Positions 13,377 through 25,519 of a DNA stretch of 64,000 bases are shown here, piece by piece. The position numbers and the translations under genes are program-made. Position 1 is the first letter of the stretch. Each line of letters opens with the position of its first letter. The notes beneath the pieces were generated by a model. It saw only the letters and a list, made by a program, of their open reading frames with translations. It searched no databases and was not told the DNA's origin. Location: the NCBI GenBank assembly GCA_010015585.1, contig ML975177.1. One strand, given 5' to 3'. The DNA is from Eremomyces bilateralis CBS 781.70. Lineage: Eukaryota.

Positions 13377-15065
13377 ACATCGACTGCTTTGCTCCGACGA
13401 GACCCCCCCGTCAGAATGCGTTGGGCGCGACTAGGTGTAAGTAAGAGCGGATGATGCTACGTTACAGCCGATGATTCACCCCTGGGTCTCTATTTTTCTT
13501 TTTGCCGATTCCAATAGGATCCTCGATTCGATCCCAAATCAGTTATTACACGGAAGCCAATGAAACATGATTATGCAGTACAAACACCGCGCTTGGATGA
13601 TCCGGACATGAAGCGTCGGGCTGAGATTCGAGCGCTTGTTAACCGGCCGAAACGCGGCATTTGTACTTGACTCATTGCTTGTCCGAATGCTCATTTAGCC
13701 CACACCAGGCTCCCAGACCTCTCCATCTCCTTGACGGTATCTATCCCACCTCGGCGAGTTCCCCATCTGCCCGCGTTCACTCCATTCCACCTAGCCACCA
13801 TGTCTCGTCCCCTTATCACCAGTCTCCCCTATCAGTACTTCCACAATCGAGTGCGTAGCCATTGGCTTCTACACATTAACCACCTGCACAACGACGCACG
13901 TGCTCACCACCACAACATCCCGTCCCCCGTCAACTTCACCGAGCCGCGTTTCTCCCCTCCAGCTAGGAGTTCCAGCTACCGTGAGCGCCACCATTAGGGG
14001 ACGAATCTCTTTCCTAAAGGACGACTCCTTCCCAGTCCTCTTAACACTTTTCTGCGTTCGACGTCGACGCGGTTCGCCAACCGAGCCAGGACCGCCTAGC
14101 CAGCTCACCCTGCCACCCTATGTACCTATTTTCGATTAATTGGGTATAGAGGCTCCATGCTGTTTTATTGCCCTCTTGCGCTGCGGGGTGTCTTAGCTGG
14201 CGATTTGAATCGGAACTATACACTTTCCTTGCTTGATACTTGTCTTCGCCTTTCGACCGCTTGGGTTACATAAGCGTTGATTATCTTGATCGTCTGGTCC
14301 TGTAGGACAAACGTCGCTGTCCCATGGAGGGTGGGGACTATTTATATCTCGCTGGACATCCTGGATGCTACGCACTACGTCTTAGTCGTCAAAGGGGACC
14401 GAGACAGTGTTGAGATACAAAACAGTGAGTTCAGTGAACACGATCTATGGGGGAACAATTTTTATATGTCTTGAATGGAATTTTTCGGGAAGAAATGGCA
14501 AATAAATAATCCGCAATACCAGTCGTCGATCATCCTGATCCAAGATTACCTCAAAATCTATGACAATATATCAGACAATATGTCCAGTATTCGGCGACCA
14601 GACTATAGACCTGGATGTCAACGGAGTTCGTCCGAGTCTTTGCGACGCATTTCCACATTTCCACATGTCTAACGAGTGCTAGAAGAGTAGAGCAACAGAG
14701 TATATATGTATATCTCGTCCAAGTCTGTATTTACCAAAGCTTGCAGTTGGTCTTGATCATCCTCTAGCTATAAGAGCTTTAATGCGAACGGGGGAACTAT
14801 AGTGAAGGATCGAAGCCGAAATATAGTGAAATCATTCGCTATCCAAAAAGCCGAAGCGAAACACAGAAGAGGAGGGTCTCTCGAGATATATGCACCCGAA
14901 TGTACGAAGAGCACTGCTACACCTATATCCCAACCAAAAACTCCTTGCCGTAAGAAAGACAACCACCATAGAACACGCCTAAGATCACTCCTAGCGATGC
15001 CGATCGCCACAAGCCAACCGGTTCCTTCACCAAACGCTCCAATATAAACCATCTAACCCACCCCT

Positions 15066-18000
15066 CTAGTCATCGTCCTCAAAGAATTTCATAATCGCCT
15101 TCACCCCCATCGGCCCCAACCCATGCGGCGGATAACACACCCAGCTCGCCTCCTCCTTCGCCCCCAACTTCTCCCGAAACTCCGTCTTGTTCGTCAGCTT
15201 CAGCTCCGTCATAATGGCGTGGTACGCCTTCGACAGCACCTTGACCTTGGCGCCGCGCATGTTGTGCCCCGGCGTGAAGTGGCTCGATGCTCCCCCGCCG
15301 AACGTCACCGAGTTCACACCCTGCGCTGCCACGAACTTGAACACGTGCCCGATGAGCATCTCGATAGACCCGGACGGCGCGCTGGGGAAGTCGAGCGCGT
15401 ACTTGACCTGGTAGCCGTGCTCAGGGGACAGCTGGGCGAGTGCGACCATGGAGACGAGGTCGCCGTCCTTGGTGTAGCTGAAATGGTAGCTGCGGTGCTC
15501 AACATCCTGCCACGGGCGGATCTCGGTGAGGTGCACCTGCTTTCCCTTGCGGTTCGCGAGCCACACCTGCACTTTCTCGTCGACCTTGCGGCGCACCTCG
15601 TCGGGGATCTTGGCTCCGAGCGCGTAGTCAGTGATCTTGATGCCTTCCTTCTCAGCGCGGCGGATCTTGCGCGCCACTTCGTTGTCTTTCAGGCCGCGCA
15701 CGTCGCTCGGGTCGAGGCGCTGCTCGGCGACGACGGAGAACGTGCGCCAGTTGAAGCGGGTGGCGAGGATTTCCTCGGCCGCGGCACCGGCGAGGACCCA
15801 TAGGGGCTTAAGCTTGGTCTCGCGGTTGATGAACCGGAGGTACCCGGAGATGGTCTTGATGTACTGGCTTTCGTGGCACAGGGGGTCGCCGACCGTGATG
15901 GCGAAATTATCTACCGGGACGTATCCGACGGCGGCGCCGGTGTGCCCGCATCTCCAAATGTGCGTTCTCGGCTCGAGCCAGGACGTGTTGGTGGCATCGC
16001 CGTAGTTGGCGATGAGCTCTTCCAGCGGCTGGAATTCGATGCCAGCCAGCATCCTGTCCCTGCCTTCCCACGGCGGGTGCATGGTGGAGGCTTCCGGGTG
16101 CCTCAATTGTTTGATTGCCGGCCTCTCGGGGAAGCTCTTGGGGTCGCGAGGGAACAGCGATCCGTGGCGAATATCGCCGAGGTTGAGGAGGAGGAACAGC
16201 ATCCGTTCCAGCCCGATGCCACCTCCACCATGTGGAGGAGCGCCCCACGCAAAGGCATTCAAGTATTCAGTCATAGTGCCGGCATCGATGCCTTTCTTTT
16301 CGAGCTGTGCCATCAGCGTTTTGTGATCATGGATACGTTGGCCGCCCGAGAGGATTTCCTGGCCACGGAGGAAGATGTCGAAGGAGTTGGTGACTTTGGG
16401 ATTGTGCGGGTCCGGCATGGCGTAGAACGGTCGAGCGCCCACGGGGAATTTGTCGAGGATATAGAAATCCGTGCCGTACTTCTCCTTGACCAGCTTTCCC
16501 AACTGAATCTCGTCTCGGGTGCCCAGGTCTTCATCCTCAGGGAGCTCTTTGCCCTCGTCGTCCCTCCACCCTGACGAATTCAACAGTCGGATGCCTTCAG
16601 CAAAGGGGATACGCGGTGTCTCCTCGATCCAGATCAGGTCTTCGTGGGGGAAATGCTGTTTCACGAGATCGATTTCATTACGATACTCGCGGTAGACACC
16701 TTCAAAAATAGCCTTGAACGTGTTGTCTAGCATGCGCAGGACTTCGTGGTAGTGTTCATCAATAGCCATCTCCAAATCCAATCCGGTAAATTCGGTCATA
16801 TGTCGATGAGTATTACTGTTCTCGGCGCGGAAAACGGGACCGACCTCATATACCTTGCGGAAGTCGGAAGCAATGGCCATCTGTTTGGCCAATTGTGGTG
16901 ACTGCGCCAGGAACGCGGGCCGGCCGAAATAGTCGATCCGGAACACTGTGGCCCCCGATTCCGTCGCGCCGCCCTGCAGCTTGGGTGTGTGAATCTCGAC
17001 AAAGCCCTGCGAGTCCAGGTACGCGCGGAACAGCCGGCTGATTCCTGCCTGGATGCGGAAGATGCTTTGGGACGCAGTGGTTCGCAGATCGAGGATACGG
17101 CTCGCGATGCGAGCGCGATCGCTGACCACGATGCGGTCGTCGCCCTCCTGAAGCTTCGCGTTGCTGAGCTCGGCTTCGTGGACGGTGAAGGGCATGTGGT
17201 CGGCGATCCTGGCTTCCGCGTGTATGGAATGGATGGCAACTTCGATATCATGGATGGAAGTGCCAATGATCTCGCCTTGTTTAGCCTTGGGTTCTTGCAG
17301 GATGCCTCGGACGAGCACCACGGTCTCCATCTCGAGGTGATTGGCCCAGTACATCATATACTTGGAGATGTTTCCTTGCTCTTGAAGGACGCCTTGGATG
17401 GTGTGGGTTTGCTGGCGTAGTTCGAAGAAGGTGAGGTGGTTGCTGATGTGGCGAATGTTATGGATGCGAGCGCGGAAAACTACCTCCTTTCCCACGTCCT
17501 TGGAGGCGAAGGATTCGAAGTCCAGCCGGTCCTCGTGTTGCCATGCACCGGCGTAGTTATTGACGGGCAGGTGCCCATACAGCGCCCTCATGTCTTCCGT
17601 TTCTTCCACTTTCGCTTGCTCTTCCATTTCTTTGAGCCGGGTTTCGTGCTCCTCTTCTTTTGCCGCCGCCAATTGCTTTTTGAGTTCCTTTCGGGCCACC
17701 CGTTCCGCCTTCCGCTGTTGATTCCGACTCATCTCCTCGCCCTCCCGGTTGAGGGGTGGCTCGGTCTCATCGGACGAGGAGTCGTCGGCAAGGTGCAGCT
17801 TATCCTTGACATATCGCACTGGGGACCTCGTCGGGCTGCTATGCGTCTTTTCCCTCAAGCTTTCTCGGTGATTTGGCCGCTGGAAGGTACCGCTATTTCT
17901 AGGCGAGGAGGACCCGCTGAAGGTGCCGCTCTGACGAGGCGAATGTAACGCGCTCAAACCGAAGGTGCTGGATCGTTTCGGAGAGCTGGGCACGCTGCTG

Positions 18001-18080
18001 TGATTCTCTTTCTCGGTGTCACTACTTGGCTGGCTACCGCCGTTGCGGATTTTTTCGAGAGCCTTCTTAAGAGACGCCAT
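15066..18080 (-). CDS. erdS: Aspartyl-tRNA synthetase fused to a C-terminal DUF2156 (aminoacyl-tRNA transferase) domain: ergosteryl-aspartate synthase ErdS
   Basis: Intronless, ATG at 18080 (MASLKKAL). OB-fold, then AspRS motifs LAQSPQL, FRAENSNTHRH, GQEILSGGQR, PPHGGGGIGLER. About 330-aa extension with YGDATNTSW, AVGY..GDPLC, SGSIEMLI and KTEFREKL, typical of DUF2156. Confidence 0.9.
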   Translation of the reverse strand: MASLKKALEKIRNGGSQPSSDTEKENHSSVPSSPKRSSTFGLSALHSPRQSGTFSGSSSPRNSGTFQRPNHRESLREKTHSSPTRSPVRYVKDKLHLADDSSSDETEPPLNREGEEMSRNQQRKAERVARKELKKQLAAAKEEEHETRLKEMEEQAKVEETEDMRALYGHLPVNNYAGAWQHEDRLDFESFASKDVGKEVVFRARIHNIRHISNHLTFFELRQQTHTIQGVLQEQGNISKYMMYWANHLEMETVVLVRGILQEPKAKQGEIIGTSIHDIEVAIHSIHAEARIADHMPFTVHEAELSNAKLQEGDDRIVVSDRARIASRILDLRTTASQSIFRIQAGISRLFRAYLDSQGFVEIHTPKLQGGATESGATVFRIDYFGRPAFLAQSPQLAKQMAIASDFRKVYEVGPVFRAENSNTHRHMTEFTGLDLEMAIDEHYHEVLRMLDNTFKAIFEGVYREYRNEIDLVKQHFPHEDLIWIEETPRIPFAEGIRLLNSSGWRDDEGKELPEDEDLGTRDEIQLGKLVKEKYGTDFYILDKFPVGARPFYAMPDPHNPKVTNSFDIFLRGQEILSGGQRIHDHKTLMAQLEKKGIDAGTMTEYLNAFAWGAPPHGGGGIGLERMLFLLLNLGDIRHGSLFPRDPKSFPERPAIKQLRHPEASTMHPPWEGRDRMLAGIEFQPLEELIANYGDATNTSWLEPRTHIWRCGHTGAAVGYVPVDNFAITVGDPLCHESQYIKTISGYLRFINRETKLKPLWVLAGAAAEEILATRFNWRTFSVVAEQRLDPSDVRGLKDNEVARKIRRAEKEGIKITDYALGAKIPDEVRRKVDEKVQVWLANRKGKQVHLTEIRPWQDVEHRSYHFSYTKDGDLVSMVALAQLSPEHGYQVKYALDFPSAPSGSIEMLIGHVFKFVAAQGVNSVTFGGGASSHFTPGHNMRGAKVKVLSKAYHAIMTELKLTNKTEFREKLGAKEEASWVCYPPHGLGPMGVKAIMKFFEDDD

Positions 18081-19598
18081 GGTAGGACAGATGGTGGGGG
18101 GACAGTAGTGTCGATCCACTCCGCATGCGGGGGAGGACAAGAGTGTCAGATAGGGACACGGATAGCGATTTGCAATGCCTGGATATTATTATTGTGATGG
18201 AGGAGGAGGTTTTCAAAGAAGATGAGGAAAAGAGAAGGTCGACCGGGGCGAAGCAACCGAGTAGTATTGTTGGTGGCGGCGATAGAGCTAATGAAGGGCC
18301 AGGGAGGGCATGAGAGGATTTATGGAGGGGAATTTCGGCCATCGGGTGCGTCCGTGGCGGAGAGTTGGTTGGCCACCCAAGTCACGGCCTAGCTCATAGG
18401 TGTCCAAGTTTCCAAGGTTGAAGGTAGGGTTTGGTTGGGACAGGGTGATACTGCAAGCCCACAACCACATGCCCGATGATGAATCGGTCGGGATTGATTC
18501 GACAAGTGATGGCTGATTGATTAATTGGATTGGTGACCGGATGAAAGCTTGTGATTGGGGTTTCCGGATGCCACAGTCATCAAAGATTACCACGGGAATT
18601 CTTATAAGACAGGAGGGCAGTGGGAGGTAATTACTTGCACCGGTCCGCCATCCGGAATCAACGCATTTCCGATATACGGAATTATTATTAATACTCTACC
18701 CACCAATGGTCCAATCTCATGGTCGAAATCCTCGTATCAATTATCAATGCTTAACATGCGCTTCGTGTTGTTTTTGAGTTTCGACACTTGACTGCTGTTC
18801 CTGGTGACGTTATCCTTACCTCATTTGTTCATTAATATTCTGTGTTTATCTTAGTCTTCTTCGGTGTTGTCCAACTTCCAAAGCTTGTTTTCTTGTACCT
18901 GCAGCGCCCGTCAGGGCAATCACCCGTCACCAAGGACCCATGAACCCATTGTGAAATGCGAGAGATAGTCCCAATCCTGTACCTGTATAGTTAAATTATC
19001 CAGGCTTCCTTCTCACCACGTTCCAGTAATAACCACACCCTGATCTATCAAACCCAGGAAGTTCAGCACCGTTGTCCCTCCGTTTCCGCCCCCGATTTTC
19101 CGGTCATTTGGATATATGCCTTAGTGCTCAGTAATCATACCCGGCTGCTTATGTGCGCACGCTGCATGCACACCTGACAATGCGTTCCTGGATCTGGTTA
19201 GCAATTCGCGGATGGCTGTCATTTAAACCGAGGATTGGAGGGATCGAAAGTCTGGCCAACTCTAGTCTCTACTTACCGACATCGGGGGGTTGGACTTTGG
19301 AGGGATGTGGCATGAATCGGAAATCCATCGCTTTCTATCCCACCCTGCGCACGGTAAAGTGTATTTAGTCCAAGTCATGGTTAACACTGGATGTGTAGTT
19401 GCAGAGTGTACACACAAATGGACTGGAACGAGGTCGGTGTCGGTGACGTCATTACCTTTGCCACAGTTCGGGCCGACTTTTACAACATCGGAGGGTCGGA
19501 ACTTCATCACATCCACACGCCACACCAGTGCTACTGCACTTGTCAGAGCGAAGATTGATACGCACTACTAGTTTTGTTGAGTACGTAGTACATTCAAG

Positions 19599-21038
19599 CT
19601 ATATATCCGGAATCTCCTCCGCGTGCCGCGACCCCGTCGCTGTGAACCCACCCCACCCTGTAAACTCCGTGGCGAACAACACCGCCGCCTTCTCGAAATA
19701 TCGATCCTCGTCCCCCCACGTCGCCGCCGCTTCTTTCATCGCGCGGCAGCCTTTCACGAAATGAGGGTCGGTCCGGAACTCGCCCTGGAGCGCCCGAGGG
19801 ACGACGACATTCGTCCAGCTCTGGTTCCCTAGGTCGAACCGCTTGATCCGATTCGTGTCGATGGCGGGACGGAGCTGCGCGATGAACACGGCCAGGATAA
19901 ATAGCCACCATTCTTTCACCAGCGACAGTTGGAATTCCGGCGGGATCAGAGGTAGCAGGATGCGTACCGCGTGCGAGGTGGTAAGCGTATGTACCAAGAA
20001 GAAGTCATACCCGCGCCCTTTCTCCGCGTCCACGCTCCCGACGAGCAGCGCCGTGGCCAGTCGCTGCGACTCCTCGAACCGGGCGCTGACGTCTGGCGAC
20101 CCTTCCGGCGACAGATCCCACGCGTTCCACCATTCCATCAGCTCGGGCTCCTTCTCACGGAAGAGCCGGGTGACGTTGTCGGCTCCGGGTTGGTCGAACA
20201 AGTCATCGAATCGGCGGTCCGAGCGCACCCGATCGAGGATCTCGAATAGGCTCGTGCTCGTCCACGGGGGTCGCCGGTCGGGTCGCGTCCATTGCGGGTC
20301 GTCTAGATATTTATGGATGTCCGAGTAGAAGCATGCGATCAGTGACAGCGCCTCGATGGCAACCTCGCGATTGTCGAACTCCATGGCATAGCCCAAGTGA
20401 ATGAGCGGGTGGCCGAGGCCGGAGACGGCGGCGTGGATCAGCGGATTGGGCCCGGAGAACAGTATTTCCTGGACGAGGTGGCGCCAGTCGTAATGGTATT
20501 CGACCATGCGGTCTTCAAAGAAATCAATGAAAGCGCGTTGATATCTGGATGTCGTCAGTCGATCGGGCTTATTTACTAGACACGGATGGTGGAACGAACT
20601 CTCGTTTTCCCAGATACCTCCGCCAATCCTGCTTGGTGATCTCCCCTGGAGAATCTTCCCATGGCTCAAGATGCTCGGATTCGGACTCGTAGATCAGTTG
20701 TAATTGCTCGCGCGTGGCCCCAAATATATATGATGAGCACAGGAGCTATCAGACGATTAGTATTGGGCTGCAGTGCTGAACCACATGAGTGAATGCCGGC
20801 TGGGAGGACGTACGTGAGGGAGGTGATTGTGAAACCGAAGATTATTATATATGATCGAATAGTTCATATGATTAGCTCTCAGTAGATGTTTTAGTGTTCT
20901 TGGTGCCTTGTCCGTATTCGTCTCGATCTGATGGATCTCGACTGACGGCAGAACAATCGGGTGTGTGGTACTGGGGCGGAAGAAGTTGGATATGAAGGAA
21001 GGAAGGCCAAAATTGGTGTTGAACATGTTCCCCGTCAT
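19599..21038 (-). CDS. Questin oxidase-like / AflY-like (DUF4243) oxidoreductase
   Basis: Three exons (introns about 20746-20813 and 20545-20599). Motifs FHNHLPH, GLGHPLIHLGYA, DFFLVHTLTTSHA and DPHFVK. The start could instead be the ATG at 21026. Confidence 0.8.
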
Positions 21039-21540
21039 CTTGGATACTCGTCATGGAATGCCAAATGGTTGGTTTGGGACTCTTAGTTCTTGGGTTGATG
21101 TTGGAGTGGTTATGTATTGATGGTCCGGAGATGGAGTGATGATGTTATCCCGGTTGGGGCTGCTAGGATTTAATGTCGTTCCAGAACATCATCGCCAGTG
21201 AACCAAAAAATCATGGTCAAAGGTATCCGGCAACTGGCTGGCAGCGTTTTACTGTTAAGATATTGTTAAGGTCCTTGTATTGATTTTTCTTGAGTAAATC
21301 ATTGATAAGACACTATCGGATACCTTCTGCTATTCAAACTAGCCTGTGTTCGTGGCCGTCAATTGATGCCTGGTAAACAACAACATTATATTAATAGAAC
21401 ATGAGCAAGAATCGAAGCGAAACAATAGTAGTATTAGCTACTTACTTACTCCGGTACTTGGTATTATTAGTGACCAAGTTGCAAGACCAATCCCTTCATC
21501 AGATCAGCCCTGTGACATGCCTGGCGAACCAGTGGTGTCT

Positions 21541-21562
21541 GGTGAGTGGTGAGTGGTGAGTG
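21541..21562. repeat. 7-bp tandem repeat (GGTGAGT)x3 upstream of ARG1
   Basis: ggtgagtggtgagtggtgagtg read directly. Confidence 0.7.
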
Positions 21563-21721
21563 TTGTGTGTGAAGTCGGGAAAAGTTTGGATTCCCCACAA
21601 AAGTTTTGGAAGCAACTCAAAACATCTGACTCCCAACCATCCGTCAATTGCCATCTTCCCTCAATTCATCTTCTCTTCGTCTCAATTGATCCAAGTTCCG
21701 ATCTCATAGATTCCCGTAACC

Positions 21722-23484
21722 ATGCCGTCCAAAGGAAAAGTCTGCCTCGCCTACTCCGGTGGTTTGGATACCTCGACCATCTTGAAATGGCTGCTTCAGG
21801 AGGGCTACGAGGTGGTCTGCTTCCTCGCCAATGTCGGCCAGGTAAGGATCCATCGATAAGAATGTAGCGGCGATGCAATCGTTAACCGAAAATTCAGGAG
21901 GAAGACTGGGACCAGGTGCGTGAGAAGGCCAACAAGCTTGGTGCATCCAAGATGGTCATTACCGACCTGCGCCGCGAGTTCGTCGAGCAGTTGTGCTTCC
22001 GCGCCATCCAATGCAATGCCATCTACGAGAGCAGGTACTTGCTTGGCACCAGTCTTGCTCGTCCGGTCATTGCTCGCGCGCAGATGCAGGTTGCTAAGGA
22101 GGAAGGATGTGAGTAGCCCTTTTGTGAGATAAGGGAGCCTGGCTAATGTATAACTTAGGTCAATTTGTTAGCCATGGGTATGTGCTTGATTTTCTCGCCT
22201 CTCTGAGTTCTGGAGAGCTCAGTGCCCCTGAAGAATTCCATGGAGATGATTTTATTACTGCTTTATTGCTACCGGTGCGGAATATCTGCTGACCCTTAAC
22301 AGCTGCACTGGCAAAGGCAACGACCAAGTCCGCTTCGAACTGGCTTTCCTCACTATTGATCCTAAGATCAAGATCATTGCTCCATGGAGGATGCCCGAGT
22401 TCTTCGAGCGCTTCCAGGGCCGCAATGACCTGCTGGACTATGCTGCTGAACAGGGCATTCCGGTCACGTCGACCAAGGCGAAGCCGTACAGCATGGACGA
22501 CAACATCGCCCACTGCAGCTACGAGAGCGGACAGTTGGAAGATCCTTCCAAACCGCCCCCTACTGACATGTGGACCCGGTATGAGCCTTGACTTATTGAT
22601 TTAGTCCTAGAATTGGGTACTAATAGGACATAGTACCGATGATCCCATGAAGGCTCCTGCTACTCCCCAGGATGTTACCATCATCTTCGAGAAAGGTCTT
22701 CCAGTTAAGGTCATTTCGGAGGGTAAGGAGGTGACCGATAGCTTGGAGCTCTTCATCTTCCTCAATGCCATTGGCAAGAAGCACGGCATTGGCAGGATCG
22801 ACATCGTTGAGGTTTGTAATTCATGTTTACGGTGCAGGCAGCTGCTAACCTGATGAAGAACCGTTTCGTCGGAATCAAATCGAGAGGATGTTACGATTCG
22901 CCCGCCATGACCATTGTCAGTATTCCATACCATCGATCCTGTAGTGAAATCCGAAGTCTAACTCCTGGCTCTAGCTGCGAGATGCCCATCTTGATATCGA
23001 AGGTCTAGTCATGGACGGAAAGGTTCGGTCCCTGCGAGATCAGTTCGTGACCCACTCATGGTCTGAGATTCTGTATAACGGCATGTATTTCTCGCCCGAG
23101 CGCGAATTTGTCGAGAACTCTCTGCTCTTCGCCCAGAGGCGCGTGGTATGTACCTGATGAATTTACTGGTTTATAGGGAACGTTACTAATTGTCACCAGA
23201 ACGGCGAGGTCCGACTCCGCTGCTACCGTGGCAACTGCTACATCACTGGCCGGTCCTCGGAAACCGAGAAGCTGTACTCCGAGGAGGAGTCTTCCATGGA
23301 TAGCTTGGTGGACTTCAGCCCGGTTGATACGAGTATGTTGAGCCCTTCCCTTTGCCTTGATTCATTCGATTTGGTCGACATGCGCTGATATTCTATAGCC
23401 GGCTTCATCAACATCCAATCCATTCGTCTCAAGAAGTATGGAATGCAGAAGTTGGAGGAGGGAAGTGGCTTGGACAAAGCCTAG
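21722..23484 (+). CDS. ARG1: Argininosuccinate synthase
   Basis: [70 protein letters not shown]. About 9 introns, stop TAG at 23484. Confidence 0.96.
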
Positions 23485-24139
23485 GTCGAAGGCGGAAGCA
23501 CTAAGGCCAGTAGCTAGGGTTCGGAGCTTCTCAGGTTGAACTTGGCATTGATACATGCCATAATGAGGAGTTGCTATATGTCTGTGTTTGTGTCTCGATA
23601 CAACAATTCGTGAGGATCGCAGTCAATGGGATGCCTTCACTGAACGCAATGTCGCACGGTTCGGGGTGTTCGATGGTTCAACGAAAATACATGATCATCG
23701 GATTATTAGAGGAATTGAATAGCGATAGGGAATTTGGTAACGATAACGTCAGCGCAAAATGCCCTGAAAAGCTTAAATAGTAGCTGTACTGCTGTACACG
23801 GGACCAAATTCATCAAAGATGCCCAGTCAATCTCACTGCAGATGCCTCCGTGGTCGCTCCCAGTGCGAAGTGATATTTGCCTGAGGCAGAAATAATAATC
23901 ACGTGCTGGTGCCTGATGTTGACCTCACAGTAATAACAGAATGATGGAGCTTCAAGCTTGCCTCTCCTGTATACGAATCTCAGAGCGGCCTATTACGAAT
24001 AAAAGCTTAACACTGCAAATACCTCTCAAAGAAGTGATAGAAGCAGATCACATATCCCATCATATCCGAAACCCTCTTTCTCGTGCACACATCGTAGCCA
24101 GCCTTCCAGAACCTCATCTTCCGAACATAACACATCAAG

Positions 24140-25163
24140 ATGGGTCTCGAGGCGACGATGATAGTGGTGGATAATAGTGAACGGAGTAGAAACGGAGATT
24201 ACTTGTAAGATGATTCGATGCCCTGGGCCATCGCATCGCTGACTATCTAGACCCTCTCGATTCGGTGCCCAAGAGGATGCCGTCAATCTCATCTTCTCCG
24301 CAAAGACCGGCGCCAACCCGGAGTCGTCCGTCGGCCTCCTCAGCATGGGAGGCGATAGCCCAGAGGTCCTCACCACTCTGACGACCGACATGGGTAAAGT
24401 GCTGGAAGGGATGCATCGGACCAAGATCCAGGGTGTCCCACGCCTCATCACGGCGATCAACGTCGCAGCGGTAACGACCCCGACCCGTGCAATCATGAGT
24501 TACTCGAGCTAACACCCATCCCAGCTCGCCCTTAAGCACCGCCAGAACAAATCCCAACGACAACGGATAATCGTCTTCAACTGCTCCATCATCGAGGAGG
24601 ACGAGAAGAGCCTGGTTAAGCTGGCCAAGCGCATGAAGAAGTACGGCATCAGCGTCGACGTCATCGCGTTCGGCGAGATCTCCGAGGCGAACATGAAGAA
24701 GCTCGAGGCCTTCAACGAGAACGTCAAAGGCGGTGACGGCTCCCACCTCGCCATCATCCCGCCGGGCCCGAACCTACTCAGCGACTCCGTCGTCACGACG
24801 CCGATCCTGGCGGGCGACGGCGTGGTCACGGGCGCGGGCGGAGCGGGCGACGTAGGGGCGGAAGGGGAGCGTGAGAACTTTGAGTTCGGGGTGGACCCGT
24901 CGATGGATCCGGAGCTGGCGATGGCGCTACGGATGAGTTACGAGGAGGAGAAGGCGAGGCAGGAGCGGGAGAAGAAGGAGATGGAAGAGAAAGAGGGGAA
25001 GGAGAGTATGGAAGCGATACCGGAGGGGGACGAGAAGCAGCCGCTGCTGAATACCGAGGGGGAGCCGAGTGGGAGTAGCAGCGGGAAGGGGGAGGGGTCG
25101 AAGAAGCCGGAGGGGAAGGAGGAGAAGAAGGATGAGGATCCGGATAAGATGGATACCGCATAG
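24140..25163 (+). CDS. RPN10: 26S proteasome regulatory subunit Rpn10 (vWA + UIM)
   Basis: MGLEATMIVVDNSERSRNGDY, LALKHRQNK, FGVDPSMDPELAMALRMS (UIM). Two introns (about 24205-24250 and 24471-24523). Confidence 0.95.
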
Positions 25164-25519
25164 GAGCGGGGACGATGGATGTCTGCGGGATAATACAATA
25201 GCATGGGCGGCGTCGCGGATACCGAGGGTTCAGCAATTGGGAATATCAAATGCTTTAGCGTTTTGGCACTTCTAGATGCGCTCGGATGTCGCTTTATACC
25301 AAACTGACTCGTCTATGGTTTCCTCACCCAGCTATGGCTTCTGGGGTTTGTTGCTACTCCAGCGCCGAGAAGTGAATTGTTCTCAAGGAACATAAACACA
25401 AAGTGCAAGCGGGGGTGATATTTCCGAATACCCACGTATTTCTGATGTTGGTGTTATTCGAACACCCAACCCTTCAAAGACACCACCATAGCGCCATCCT
25501 ATATCTACCCCTATCCCCT

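Noticed and set aside
14277..14672. Two tandem in-frame short ORFs separated by one TGA (possible pseudogene or erdH relic)
   Set aside because: No recognisable motifs or family similarity.
18081..18140. ORF-track N-terminal extension of erdS (and 57372-57458 for ABP1)
   Set aside because: These begin at non-ATG codons; the downstream ATGs have good context and plausible N-termini.
21627..21632. TGACTC Gcn4/CpcA-like site upstream of ARG1
   Set aside because: A single hexamer about 90 nt from the ATG, possibly within the 5'UTR. It is plausible biologically but not distinguishable from chance.
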